NCBI GenBank assembly: GCA_002633005.1 | Contig: NMRA01000834.1 | Span: 71,436-128,379 of the forward strand | Direction of reading: 5' to 3' | Length of the DNA stretch: 56,944 bases | From: Phoronis australis | Taxonomy: Eukaryota > Animalia > Phoronida | Shown: positions 1-12,200 of the stretch, piece after piece | Numbering within the stretch: position 1 is the first letter of the stretch | How the letters are laid out: each line of letters begins with the position of its first letter | The notes under the pieces: model-generated | Databases searched by the model: none | Seen by the model: the letters and a program-made list of their open reading frames with translations, nothing else | What the model was told of the DNA's origin: nothing | Translations under genes and position numbers: made by a program

Positions 1-740
1 TGTTTCGACTCTTTATTTGTCTGATGGAGGCATCTTACTGTTTTGCCACATGCAATGATGCTGAAAATCGGGCGATTGGTTTCAAGCGGTTTCCTGGTGG
101 GTTGATCTAGCTCAACTCAGGTACTTGGGCGTGTCTGGCGGGGCTAACCCACCACTAGATTTGTCTGGCAGTGTTTATTCGTGATACCTGGGCTTACGGT
201 GAATATTTTGGAACTAGTTTTAGGCGGTTACCTCTTGGATTGATCTAGCTCAATTTTTAACCCTTTTTGATAATCGTCTGGCAGGGCCACCCCACCACTG
301 AAATTGTCTGGCATCTAACTGTTGTTCCATGTTCAGTAATGCTGAACATCGTGCAACTGGCTTCAAACGGTTACCTGAAGGCTTGATCTAGCTCAATTCT
401 GGTATTTGGGCGTATTTGGCGGGGGTAACCCACCACTAGATTTGTCTGGCAGTGTTCATTCGTGATACCTGGGCTTACGGTGAATATTTTGCGACTGGTT
501 TCAAGCGGTTACCTCTTGGATTGATCTAGCTCAATTTTTGTACCCTGTATATGTTCGTCTGGCGGGTACTCCAAACCATTGAAATTGTCTGGCAGTGACC
601 AATTTTGATACAATGGATGACGTAGCAGGTATTGAAGGCAGTTTTAAGTGGTTACCAGAAAAGTTGATCTAGCTCAATATTTTAGTGTAATTCTCTTGGC
701 TCCCCTGACCACACCCACCAGAGCGAACCTGCCAGACGGC
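1..740. repeat. Tandem array of ~140-bp units with alternating 138/143-bp period (dimeric 281-bp higher-order repeat)
   Basis: GATCTAGCTCAA starts at 104, 242, 385, 523, 666. GTCTGGC occurs about twice per unit. Units 1 and 3 resemble each other, as do units 2 and 4. An inverted TGCCAGAC lies at ~730. No open frame through the units. Confidence 0.9.
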
Positions 741-930
741 CATTTCCAAGCATCAGGATACCCATAGAGCACTGTGGCACCAAAGAAAATTGGTTACCTT
801 TTCATGCCCAAAAAAGCTCTGGGATCCCGGTCTAGAATAGTGATGAAGAAATACTGGAGAGAGGCCGTGAACAAGCTCGGAACGTATGGAGTTACTTGGT
901 AAGCCGACATTCGTCAGGCACTGTCGACGT

Positions 931-1291
931 CTGCAGGCCACAGACACGGAGATGCGTCACGGCCTCATACTTGCTATTTACAGCGTACATTTCATTCTTC
1001 ACTACCATGAGCCACTTCCTAAGCATTTCAGACTCTCGAGGAAGTAAAAAAACGATCTACCCGCTTTCCTCGCAGCTGCTTAGTAGTTCAGACAAGCGAG
1101 AACGATGCACCGCAACCTAGTGGCATTCACTCTGCATATGAACCACTGACGTAGCTAGCGTCGTTTCTCACCTTCCTCACAGGTTAACGCGACACCTCTT
1201 GGCAAGGTAAGGTCGACCGTATGCGAGACGATGTGGATATAGACTGATTAAGACGGCAAAAAAGAATACTTAAATCGGGTGGCATTCTCCT
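931..1291 (-). mobile_element. 5' end of a Kolobok-like DNA transposon with a degenerate THAP domain (931-1112)
   Basis: Minus strand reads RCIVLACLNY*..GRSFF-LLPRESEMLRKWLMVVK...HLRVCGLQ (THAP C-x4-C, P, W, VCxxH-like pattern, with a stop). The terminus reads TTAA|AGGAGAATGCC on minus (TTAA at 1292-1295). Confidence 0.6.
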
Positions 1292-1331
1292 TTAAAACTG
1301 CGAGTTAAGAATGGTTCATTTTAAGAATAAA

Positions 1332-1423
1332 TGGCACTGGTCGATATTAGCAGTCTTTGATTTTGAGAATCAAATGAAACTGGTTCTCAAAATCACTGGG
1401 ACAGCTTAATCCGACCAGTGCCA
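1332..1423. repeat. Short inverted-repeat element (MITE-like hairpin)
   Basis: TGGCACTGGTCGATATTAGCAGTC (1332) pairs imperfectly with GACAGCTTAATCCGACCAGTGCCA (1400-1423). Confidence 0.6.
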
Positions 1424-1988
1424 CCAAGGCACCACTCCAGGTGACTTCTAATTTGCGAGAAGCGCTCAGAAAAACGTTTGGAAAATTTAACAATACGGGC
1501 GCCAAATTCAAACAATCCATGCAGTTCGACATTTTTGGTACTCATTTTATACGACGCCAAGTCTAGGTACACAAGCGCAAGTGCAAATATGCCGTCACTC
1601 CTATTTTTGAGCGGAGATATTTGACTATGTCGAGCGCTGGTGGGGCTGAGTTTATTTGTTGAGGATGTATTTAGTGTTCACTGTAGACTTATGAATTGAA
1701 GTACGGTGTGGTGTAATGAAACATAGACACATGTACTCAAGGATATACTTCTTCAAGTCCTTTCAAATACAACTTCATTGTTTTATAATAAGTTTAAATT
1801 ATCTTCCTCAACTGCATAAAATAATACACCTCTCTTATGAGAGCTACAAGATACATCAGGTTCTGAAGTGGCACTGTGAATTATCTGTGTAACATGCAAC
1901 TCTACAAAGATTATCTTACAAAAAAGATTTGCAGATCTTGATCTTTGCAGTATCAATACACACATCCTGAATGGACCAAATATTTTAA

Positions 1989-3290
1989 AGGCGAAGAAAT
2001 AAGGTTTGTTGATTATCCCATACACATTTTTCACTTAATTACAGCTTTTCGTAATTTGATTAATTTCTCGTCCTCTACTTCGGAAGTCACGTTTTGGGAG
2101 GCAAGAGTTTCGCGCCAATTTGTTTTTATATAGCCTGACTGTGAGGGCTGTCGAGTCACTCAATGTTCTACCTCGGTAGTGATAACTTTGGTCGTCATTT
2201 GCTTTTGTTTACAAGTCAGTCAAAATGCCACGCTGTTGCTGCATGCCGGGATGTACTCATTATCGTCTCACAAGCGCTTTGGGTACCTTGCATCATTTTC
2301 CGAAGGATGACACACGTCCCCGTACTTGGCTAGCTTGTTCATGTGAAGAACGCAGCGCTACCCGTCCACACAACATTATTAAGCAGTGGAGGGTTACCAA
2401 GTGTGTGGCACGCATTTTCTGCCGTCAGATTACGACAGAGATATGTACGCTGAATTGATGAAGGTCCCTGCGAAACAACGCCTGAAGAAGGGTACCATAC
2501 AGTCGCAGTTGATTCCCAGCAGTGCCCCGTCGCCAACCCTGAGAAGTGCCTTTTTGAAGCGAGAAGCCTCGCGAGCTATGTCCACTATATACAGTGACTG
2601 GAGGCACTTCATCTACTGTCACCCGTGCCTCCAAACGTACCCCATTGCGTGCAATTCCGGGAACTAGCAGTTATTCGCCCTGTTCTGTTGTCTCTAGCCA
2701 AGACCCTGTAAGCAGCCCAGTGCAGTGATGTTGAGTAGTGGGAGTGAATACAGGCCCAGTTCAACACCCAGTGAAGAGGACAGTTCGTCATCCAATGAAC
2801 ATATCGGTGAGCCAAAGTTTGATAAGTTTATTGTGGACTTGTATTGGAGCTATTTAGAAGGTGCCAGGTGTGTGGCGAGGGAGTCACACTGCTGGATCTA
2901 AGCAGTTTGGGTGCTCAGATCACCGTCCAGTGGGAGTGTGTCGCGGGCAAGTGGCCGGGGAAAGTTCTTCCTCTGAACGTGAGACGATAATGAGTACACC
3001 CCAGTACGCAGCAACAGCGTGGCATGTTGACTGTCTCGTGTGCAAAAGCAAACGACTACCGAACATATCACAACTGAGGTAGAACAATGACTGACTCGAC
3101 TCCACTCACAGTCAGACTATATGAAAAGAAATTGGCGCGAAATTCTTGCCTCCCAAAACGTCACTTCCGCAGTAGACGACGAGTAATTAATTAAATTACG
3201 AAAAGCAGTAAATAAGTGAAAACTATATCTGGGATAATCAACAAACCTCATTTTTGCTAAAAATGACATGAAAAAAGGTTGCCTTCGCCT
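1989..3290 (+). mobile_element. Internally deleted Kolobok DNA transposon with ~200-bp TIRs and TTAA TSD
   Basis: TTAA(1985-88)|AGGCGAAG ... CTTCGCCT|TTAA(3291-94). Long imperfect inverted repeats at ~1989-2185 and ~3065-3290. Internal THAP and Kolobok-like N-terminal motifs. Confidence 0.85.
2225..2975 (+). pseudogene. Frameshifted THAP zinc finger and N-terminal part of a Kolobok transposase
   Basis: MPRCCCMPGC...LHHFPKDDTRPRTWL / YQVCGTHFLPSDY...RLKKGTI (THAP), then KFDKFIV..LELFRRCQVCG..GAQITVQWECVAG. No DDE core present. Confidence 0.8.
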
Positions 3291-3440
3291 TTAATGTTCG
3301 TTTAGTTTCCTTCTTTTTTGCCGTCCTTTGAAAAAGTGAAAAAAATCCAAACAGTGCTAAAATGCAAGGAAACTGACCTGTCATAAAATCTTTCCCTCAG
3401 CGAGAGGGCAAATGGAGTCATCGACCCAGTATCATAGCCA

Positions 3441-3511
3441 CATGGGCGGCGCACCATAGGGGGCTGGGGGGGCTATAGTCTCCTACTTTTTTCAGTGCTA
3501 CGCCGTCCATG
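3441..3511. mobile_element. 71-bp GC-rich MITE with 5-bp TSD (AGCCA)
   Basis: CATGGGCGGCGCA...GCTACGCCGTCCATG flanked on both sides by AGCCA. Related copies at 17149-17218, 17222-17288 and 24003-24070. Confidence 0.8.
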
Positions 3512-3750
3512 AGCCAGCCAGCAAGCTATATAAAATTAATAAAGACTATGATGTAGCTTTGTAACCAAGGCTACTCTGTTCGAAGGTGTCCCTCTATGCG
3601 CAAAAGGTACTCATAACAACGTCACTTTTAATGTTTTAATCAGCGTGAATCATTATTCGCGGAAAAGCCTCCGGCCCTCCTGTGTATGAAGCGCCAATAG
3701 GAGCTTCACCGTCTCCAGTCGGTCACCAGGTTTTTAGCTGGCAGGCTAGT

Positions 3751-3827
3751 GGCACAGGCGTCCTCAGCTTCTGATCTTCCCCAATATAGTGTATTGGGGA
3801 AAACAGAAGCTGAGGACGCCTGTGGCT
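3751..3827. repeat. Near-perfect ~75-bp palindrome
   Basis: CACAGGCGTCCTCAGCTTCTG..TTCCCAATAT/AGTG/TATTGGGGAA..CAGAAGCTGAGGACGCCTGTG. Confidence 0.85.
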
Positions 3828-4192
3828 AGTTGGGGATAGAAAACATAAAAACAGTAGCCGTAGGCCTACAATCAGTACATGTGCATATCCATCTTACCTT
3901 GACGACGCTTGAAACATAATAGGAGCAGAAAACAAAGCAAAATCCCAAAAACAACGCAAATGAAACATCGGTTTCATAGCCCCCAAACGAGCCTTTTAAC
4001 GCATACATTTCACTGTGAACACAAAGACTACGCAAAGCAAAACGCAACCACTCATACAAGACTTCTAGGGTCTCTGGTGAACCACACGACCTTTGACCCA
4101 TGTGTCATTTTCTCTTTAAGCGACATCTACTGTCGCATTTGAACTTTCAGTACTTTCCTATAGTATAGTAAGAGACCGTCCGGATACCTACA

Positions 4193-5015
4193 CATAGTTT
4201 ACCTAATTATCGGACGGAACCTAAATATCGGACATTTCATAAAATCTTACTTGAAGCATAATCTGAGAATTAAATGACACCAATTTTTGTTCCGTTGTAA
4301 TGCATTCAATGTCCAGCACCGTCTCGTTTTTTACAGCGTTGCCTCGTTTTGATTTCACCGAGAGAGGGTGCAATTTAGACCCCCAAGTAGGCCTAAAATG
4401 GACGACCGCATAAATCGGTTATAAAAGTTGAAAATAAAATCTTTTTCCACATTGAAACCATTTCGTTGAACTGACAATATGTCACTGTTTCATTTTTTTC
4501 ATTTGTTTTTAAACTCAAGTCAAACCCCGACCGCGCACGTGCGGGTGTCATATCAAGAATCCAAAGAGATACTAAAAACTGCAGTGAGTTTGCACGTGCT
4601 TTAGTCGTCTGCACTAATTCATCGAAACGACTTAGCGCCGTCATCAGACTTCATGTTGTGGATAAATTTTGTTGCCAATGGAGCTGTGTTTTAGCAACAT
4701 ATGTCAAAACACTCAAGCTGAAATTTGGCTTCAAGGTGCCCGCGGCCATTACTTGGTTAGTCAGTTTTCCGCAGTGTGGCGTATAGGGAAACACACGGTG
4801 TCCGATATTTAGGTTCTCCGAAGGTTTGCTAGTTGTGTTTTTTAAAGATCAGTCGGAACATAAATGTGGTTTTCGGTGACAAGATATAGTAACACAACAA
4901 TTCCGTGAAGGTAAGCCTTTATTTCAGCAAAGAATTTACAACAATCCGTAGTATTTTCAATTAAATATAATGCAAAATGTGCCAAAACGTCCGATAATTA
5001 GGTCACTTGACTATA
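4193..5015. mobile_element. Non-autonomous Tc1/mariner-pogo-like TIR element
   Basis: ACCTAATTATCGGACG (4201) is inverted to CGTCCGATAATTAGGT (~4988-5003). An inner repeat CGGAACCTAAATATCGGACA is inverted at ~4800-4820. No ORF. Confidence 0.65.
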
Positions 5016-6452
5016 TCGTCGTCAGGCTCCAAAGGTCGTCCGCCATCTTCTTTCGCGTGCAGCGCAGCCAAGCGGGACTTAGCGTTCGAATTTGGAGTGC
5101 TCGTCTGCACGTTAGGTACTAACCTCTCGGGAGAAATACGCATGGAAGAACTGAGATTAAAATTAATGCATTTACCGACTGTTTTTTTTGAGACCACTTA
5201 AAAACTTGTAGATTTTACTATTGCACTTGTTTTGCTCATTTTCAGAAGATATTTTCGAAATTAAATTTTATTCAGCCGGAACAATTGTTTATGCCAAGTA
5301 TCTATTTGTCCCAGGCACTAACGGAAACCTAGGCCAAAGGAAAAACGCAGCAGACAAATGGAACACGCTGGGTGCTTAATAGTTACAGCCCACGCCTTGG
5401 TCATCAAAATATTGCCCACTTGTTTTTTATTGAAAAACAAAGTACTGAGCTCAACATTTATGTTGAAACTTTCCAATTTAGTTGAAGAAAATTAAAATAC
5501 TTGAATTGATAGAGAATGACCACCAATAAAGTAAAACATTGACTATTTTCACTAAGTTGCATTGCCACACGGCATGACATAATCAAAAATAAAGAAGAGA
5601 TTGAGCAATAAGATTCAAATGCAACTTGGGTATTTATTTATTTATTTATGATTGCGGAAGGCTGTTAAAGGTGAGAAAAAAATCAAACAATACGATAATG
5701 GGTAACAATTGTATCGAGGTTCAATGATCAACTTGCGCCGACAAAGTCCTCAAAGGGTTGAGTCTTGTTTTGGTTGACAAGGAGTTAACAGAGAATGAAG
5801 AGAAACTGAAAAGAAAAAGACAGCAGAGATAAGTGGTATTAAGAACAACAAGAGCAAAAAGTCAAATAAAGAGGTCACAAATACAAAATTAGTAAGGTCT
5901 ATCTGGAATAAAACAATTGTGATTTATTTTCCAGATCTGAAATTCTAAATCAATTTTAATCGATTTAAAAATCGATATCATACTAGTAAAATGGTTTGTG
6001 GTTGAAGTAGAATTGCTGTAAACCACTTTCCTCTATTTTCTTTGCCTTTTTCTGTGTGGTTTTCTGTTCTTTCCAAAGGCGGCAGCATATGACGACCATA
6101 GGAGTCATTATAAAATGTCTGCCGAAAAGTAATGCACACAGTTGAGCAATTCGGCATAAGTAAAAGAAAATGTTTCAATTAACGAATGCTATATATTTGT
6201 GAGAGTTAAATCAAATCCTATTCACAGCATAACTTTGAAGTGGAATAATTGGGTGATTACGACACCAAGCCGCGTTTTATGCTTAGGCGGACGACCATTT
6301 GGTTCCCGAGTATACTCTAGAGGCCCTATCCTCCCGGGTGTAAAAGCGTGCGTTGCGTTCACAAAAGGGTAAAATTTTTAAAAGAAAACCTGTATCTGCG
6401 CTCAGTACTCACATTTCGAAGCGAAGAGGTGTCGCAAGCAACTTTCGTCTAG

Positions 6453-6512
6453 GCAATGACCATCGCCTCTGCTGGCCCGACCAGGTCGGGCCAACAGAGG
6501 CGATGGTCATTC
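6453..6512. repeat. Near-perfect ~60-bp palindrome
   Basis: AATGACCATCGCCTCTGCTGGCCCGACC-A-GGTCGGGCCAACAGAGGCGATGGTCATT. Confidence 0.85.
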
Positions 6513-7673
6513 AATTGCCTACTTTCGTCAGGTCTTAGGCCTACTCCGCTTGACAGTAGGTAGGCCGACCGACTGGGATTCAGGTCTGCGGCTGGCTCGC
6601 TGAGCATGCAGCTCCTGCCAGGCCACTTCTTTGGGGACTTGAAAATGACTTATGATACACACGATCGATGGACTTGTGGCAGAACAAAGATGAAGACGTG
6701 AACGTGAACGTGACTGACAGTCAGTAGGCCTACTCAGTCTTAGCTCCACGGTTGGCCTGGCCCCAAGCCCGCCGAGCCAGCCGGCTCGAACATAACAAAA
6801 TAGCCGGCCTACAGGCGACCCAGAAAATCCCGTGGAACTTAAAGTCATACAAGAACAGGGAAATAAATGGCTACATTAGTCGATAACTGCACTGTAGGGA
6901 TTGAGTTCTACGGTTAGTGCCTGTTGAGTTAGTGAAATGCGTTCACCTGCCAATCAGAACCTCGACGACGCTACATATGATATCGATGGAACATTCGCAC
7001 CCGAAAATGGCGCGTTTTTTATATAAACGAAATGGGTGCCCGTAATTAGTAGCCTATAGATTGGCAAATGTAAACTCGGCTTGATCATTTTCGGAAATTC
7101 AGCGTTCAAGAACAAAGCACGTTTCAGTTTTGCATCATTAAAGTATACCGTCGGAAAAGTTGATCCTGGAAAAGAAAGTAGGCTATGCGGCCTTTTTCGG
7201 ATCACGGATATGTCCAACGAAACCGGCACGTGCAGTAAAACGTCGCGAACTGAAAGTTTCAGAGAGTAGCAAGTGAGCAACTTTTCAATAAACAGCAGAG
7301 CTCAATGAACGCAACCAAACCCTTTTTACACGTTGCTGAGTACTGATAATAGCCACCACCAGATGAAGAGCGTCAATCGGAGCATTAATTTTTCTTAGTA
7401 AAAACCAAGAATAGTATTTAGGTTTTAATAATTCACATGTGACATACATCGATACCACCGGCGCAATTGTTCAAGGATTGCCTTGTTGAAAAGAAATCGT
7501 TAGCAGCATATGGTTAAGTACAAGTAATCGACTAAGACTGCACGTGCCAATTTCACGTATGCATTAATTGTGAGCAGTAACACAATAATTATTGCTTTCA
7601 CTACTCTCTACGCTTAGAAGGCCTTTGTACATTGTGCCGTGTCAAGATTGTTAAATGGCCTTGATTCCTTGTC

Positions 7674-7704
7674 CTGATGATGTTTGGTACATCGAAACAT
7701 GTTG
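7674..7704 (+). ncRNA. Minimal hammerhead-ribozyme-like motif in Penelope terminal repeat
   Basis: CTGATGA-TGT(ttggt)ACATC-GAAAC-ATGTTG: both catalytic boxes, a short stem II and a palindromic ACATGT, directly upstream of Penelope RT remnants. Confidence 0.6.
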
Positions 7705-8620
7705 AAATTGAAAAATCTCGTTTTTATTAACGTTGCCACCTACTTGTTTTCGTTGAGACCATTTGGAAGTCCATTGATGGCTGATATTTTTATGTCGTCT
7801 ATTGAAAGCAAACGATTAAACTTGTCTGTCATAGTTTACAAACGCTATGTTGACGACACATTTGTAGTATTTAGAAAAAAGGCTGAATCTGGCGAATTTT
7901 TCGATCTTGCTAACAAATTGCACAATATTCGAATCACTAGAAAAGACGAATGGGATTCTCAACTCCATTTTCTGGACGTATTGGTTAACTGACATTGAAA
8001 TAATTAAATAACTACTAGTATATTTATAGAAAACTTACATTCACAGGTTTATAAATTCGCTGCGACAGTTTCATCCCCAAGCAGTACAAAAGAAACGTCG
8101 TATGGGGCTTATAATATTTGTTCTAGTCAACACAGTATATCACCATTCTCGGACCAGACAGAAGGAGTTTTCGTCTCTCTTCCTTACATGGGTGGTGAAA
8201 GTTCAAAGGTTAAACGTCAGATCGCGAGGGCATTAGGGCAAGTAACAATGTTGTGTATTGTTTGAGCTGTACTGACTGTAACGCGGCATGACTTTTCGGA
8301 TGTTGAAACACAGACTTAATGAACATTCCAAAAATACAAACAGTTCTGTTAATGGTCATATGATAGATACCTGTCACGAGATATATTTTTACAATGTTAG
8401 CATTTTAGATCACAATGCTCCTAAATTCCGACTGTTTGTAAAAGACAGTTTAAAATTTTTGGAACACAAACCCCAACTGATCAATAGAATGTCGTCACCC
8501 TATGACATCCAACTATTCACATAGTCTCTGCAATTTTCCCACCATATGTGTTGCATGTAGTTTGTATTCATTCTCTTGATAATACAGATCAGTTGAAGGT
8601 CGTGTACTTGTAATAAAGCT
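7674..8620 (+). mobile_element. Decayed Penelope-like element (RT + GIY-YIG endonuclease)
   Basis: GSPLMADIFMSSIE...YKRYVDDTFVVF...LHFLDVLV; SLPYMG; GMTFRMLKHRLNEH...NVSILD...KPQLIN. Confidence 0.85.
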
Positions 8621-8786
8621 GGAATTTTAGAAAACCTTGGACGTCATATCGTTACGGCCAAAAACGAACATAACCATCCATTGGGTTAAGATGAAGCCGT
8701 AGTGTTTCTGGTCAAATGAACAATTACTCGGCCTGAACAATTGCAACCTTTTTATCAACTGGTGACGCATGCGCCTCTATTCAGAC

Positions 8787-9290
8787 AAACTGAAAGCTGG
8801 GAATCCCAGCAAGCTATCGAAACTATAATGTAAACATAACTCCGTTATTTACTACATATCAGACAGGGTTTTTCCACAGCATAACCTTTTCATCTTTGGA
8901 GAGTAGCCCTGTGAAAGGATGATTCGTGTGCACATACAGATGCATGTGAAGGCATTCAGTGCGCATGTCCTGTTGCGAACCTCTGTCAGGAACGGACCAG
9001 AAAAGTATAGTGAATCGTTATATTTTACTAGACGCTGTGCTAGCTTGTTTGAGTCGTGTAATTTTCTGGAATGCAGCGACTTAGTTTATTGTTGTTGTAG
9101 CAATCGCCAGTCCCAAACTGGCTCTCAGTTTTAACCAATAGGAAAGTCCGAATGTTACTTCGTTTTGTTACCCCTGGTTATCCAATGAGGAGAAGAAGAA
9201 GAAGCAATGTTCGTAATCACTTCGACAGCGCTACTACCTGATAGCACTGGATGTGATAGCTGCCTCTGCACTGACGCCATTTCCAGGAAA
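8787..9290 (+). promoter_or_regulatory. Putative immune-inducible promoter of the IRF gene (ISRE-like, NF-kB, CCAAT, GAS)
   Basis: AAACTGAAAG 8787-96 next to GGGAATCCC 8799-8807; GGGTTTTTCC 8866-75; CCAAT at 9135 and 9182; GGAAAGTCCG 9141-50; TTTCCAGGAAA 9280-90. A candidate donor CAG|GTATTT follows at 9389/9390. Confidence 0.5.
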
Positions 9291-12200
9291 TACTATCCAC
9301 TTGTTTCCTTGCAGTAAGAAAACACTGAGGCCAAGAGCCTAGTTTTAACATTTGCAGCTTATATCGTGACATCCCTTTGACTGAACCAGGTATTTGAATT
9401 TTTAATTCTTTCGGTACAACATTTCTAGAGCCAAAAATGCAAAGGCCATGCTCCTCAATACCACGTTCAGTTGGTGATGACCTGACTTTCGGGGTACGAT
9501 TTCTTTGAAGTTGAAAAATGCCATTCGATGTAAAGCAATGTCATGTTCAATCAGGTCAAAATTACTTGCCGAATGTTATAACATCAGTGGATCGGAACAT
9601 CACCTCAAGATCGTCTTATGCACGCTTGTCCTATCATTACCGTGAGCTCCAGAGCCCTACTAGAAAAATTGAAATTCAAGACTTTGATCTGTAGGTAGCA
9701 GTCACCTGATATTGTTTTTCTCGTACGTCCGACAGTCGTGTTCCATCAACTTAAAACTTGGGGACGTAGGCCTATGGATATCCATGAAAACGAGGATTTG
9801 CAGTCATTTAGTTTCACCTATACGAGTATTCGACTTGTTTGAGATACCTTTATCTACTGGCTTGAGCGGCTACTGACCGCACACACTCCTAGGAGTATCA
9901 AATCTGCGATGTTAGCGCACCTCACACATGCTCATACTGCTAGATTTTGCTCTGAGCTAAGTTAAGAAAAAGAAGGTATCACAAATAGCAGATTTAATTG
10001 GACAATACAGTCTGTGGCCATTGCTTTCATAACGTATCGAACTAACTCTGCACATCTTTAGCTTTTTAGAAAAAAAACTTTTTAATATAGAATTCATGTT
10101 CCAGTGTGGTGTGACTTTATAAGTGTCTGTGTTTTTGTTATGCAATTATAAATGAAACATTTACTTTGCAGGATATTCCACTTCAGTATACTGTGATTGT
10201 ATTACAAACAGATGTTTCAAATAATGCAGTCTTTCTACTTAGACAGATTCGTCGGTTTGTACAAGAATACCCGGTATTTCATCGAATATTAGAAATGAAT
10301 TTAGAGATAAAATATCACCTTCTCTACACTCCGTTTCTATTTTAAAAGGTTCATAAAAAACTGTGTAATATATATGAAGTACTATTATTGTAAAATGTAG
10401 AAATCCATGTGATTGTGTTTCTATTCGTCATATAGAAAATTCCATGTCAGGCACTAGAGGTTTCTCAAATTTCATCTAGAATAACAAACCTGCAACCCAA
10501 TCACAGTGACTCATTACATTATAAAAAATCGGGTATTTTTGCTTATAAATTGTTCTTTCATAAAACCTGTCTGGTTGTTTGAACTGAACAGATCAAACAC
10601 ATTTTATTCTATCAGTAATACAGGAGGATGTCTATTTATAAATACCATTCAGTAAATCAGAAGTAAATTTAAAAATTGCACGTTGAAAATATCCTAGCGA
10701 GGGTTTTTTCTGAAGTGCAATATAAAGCTTTTCACATGTGATTTTACCTACTTGCTGACCTGCTTGTTTACGACAGTCTGTGAACAAGCTGTAACTTAAT
10801 GTCTGAGTTTTAGTCATAGACATGATAGTAATTCTATTTCTATAAATTTCTTCGAAAATTCGTTTTCTTTCCTTTAGTCATCCTGCTTTGATCTGTAACA
10901 TTTGTACAGTTGTATGTATCGATTCAGAATAAAAATGCCTGAACACTAGGTTGCAAAAACATTTTGTTGCGCGTTTCCCATTCGCTATCCAATATGCTTT
11001 AATTCCCTCGCGTACCATAGAACTTGCCCCTTGGTTTTCACCAAATGCTCTGTATACATGTACATTCAATATAGGCGAAGGTTCACAGGCTGGCGTACTG
11101 TCGGGGTCGTAAAAGTGCCTTCACACGCACTAAACAGAAAATCACGCAAATCGCGCCACTAAACTACCAAAAAAGTCACAAACGGACATGTCTGTGCTCG
11201 GAAGAACATGCGAATCAACTTTAAGGGAAAAGCCTGTGAAATAGCAAACACAAGAAGTGTAATGTAAAAAGTACTAATTACAAAATCAACAGTTTCGTCT
11301 TTTGAATTGTTATGACTACTTCATTCATTTCGCTGAATTTTTCTGAAATGTTTGTATTTATCCTGGTATCCATTTCTTGGCTTTCTGAATGGAAGAGTTG
11401 ACATGCAGGCTTTTACGTGATCCGTATTTGGCACATGGCCAAAATGCATATCTAAGACGTGTTGCAGATGTAATACAGTTTCAGTTTCATTTCCTCGTTC
11501 ACCGGAGTTTGGCGCAAACAGGGGTTGACATGTTTCGATATGAAAAGGTTAATTTAATAGTTACACATAGGCCTGGCAGCCGACGTAACAAGAGGTAAGA
11601 CAACTAGCGGACTAGTAAATTTTGAAAGAACCAATGACTCTCGTCATCATAGGTGGTGTATTAGGCTGTAAGACAAGGGGCATGAAGTCCCCACTTTCGG
11701 CCGGAAAAAAGCACTACAAAACAAAGAAGGGACGTTACAGAAGCCACCTTAATTAATGGAAGAAGCCGTAGAATACAACACAAGATGGGTTCTAAAGAAA
11801 AGGTAACAAAGTAGCTATGATAAAATGTACGAGTTGAGTATACAGTGATTGCGGAAACCGGATCACCATATCAGTTGAATGTACTACGTCAAATCGTTAG
11901 GAGGGGCCACCCAAAAAGCCCGTGGTAGTGGGATACTCTGCCTCTCTCCTTTTACAAACATACCTGTTGAGCATTTTGTGCCATAACTTCGGCAAATCGC
12001 CAATCTACAATTATTTGCAAAAAGGCACAATTTACGTGTCGCCAACGTTCCACGGTATCTTAATTTTTTCACTCTTCGACATAGTCTCATATTGTTTAGA
12101 TTCGAATAAATTGAGCAACTCAAAAATGAAGTACACATTTTATTATATCCCTTAATTTCCAAGAGCTTGAACAAATGAACGTAATTCAGTTGGCCATTTG

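Noticed and set aside
1-740. CRISPR array
   Set aside because: Intervening sequences are homologous to each other in an A/B alternation rather than unique spacers. Eukaryotic context and no cas genes.
9520-9730. Faint CR1-like 3' coding remnant
   Set aside because: Too degenerate to support from visual translation alone.
11571-11594. Possible 5' UTR micro-exon (TAG...GAG|GTAAGA)
   Set aside because: Weak pyrimidine tract and no independent support without transcript data.
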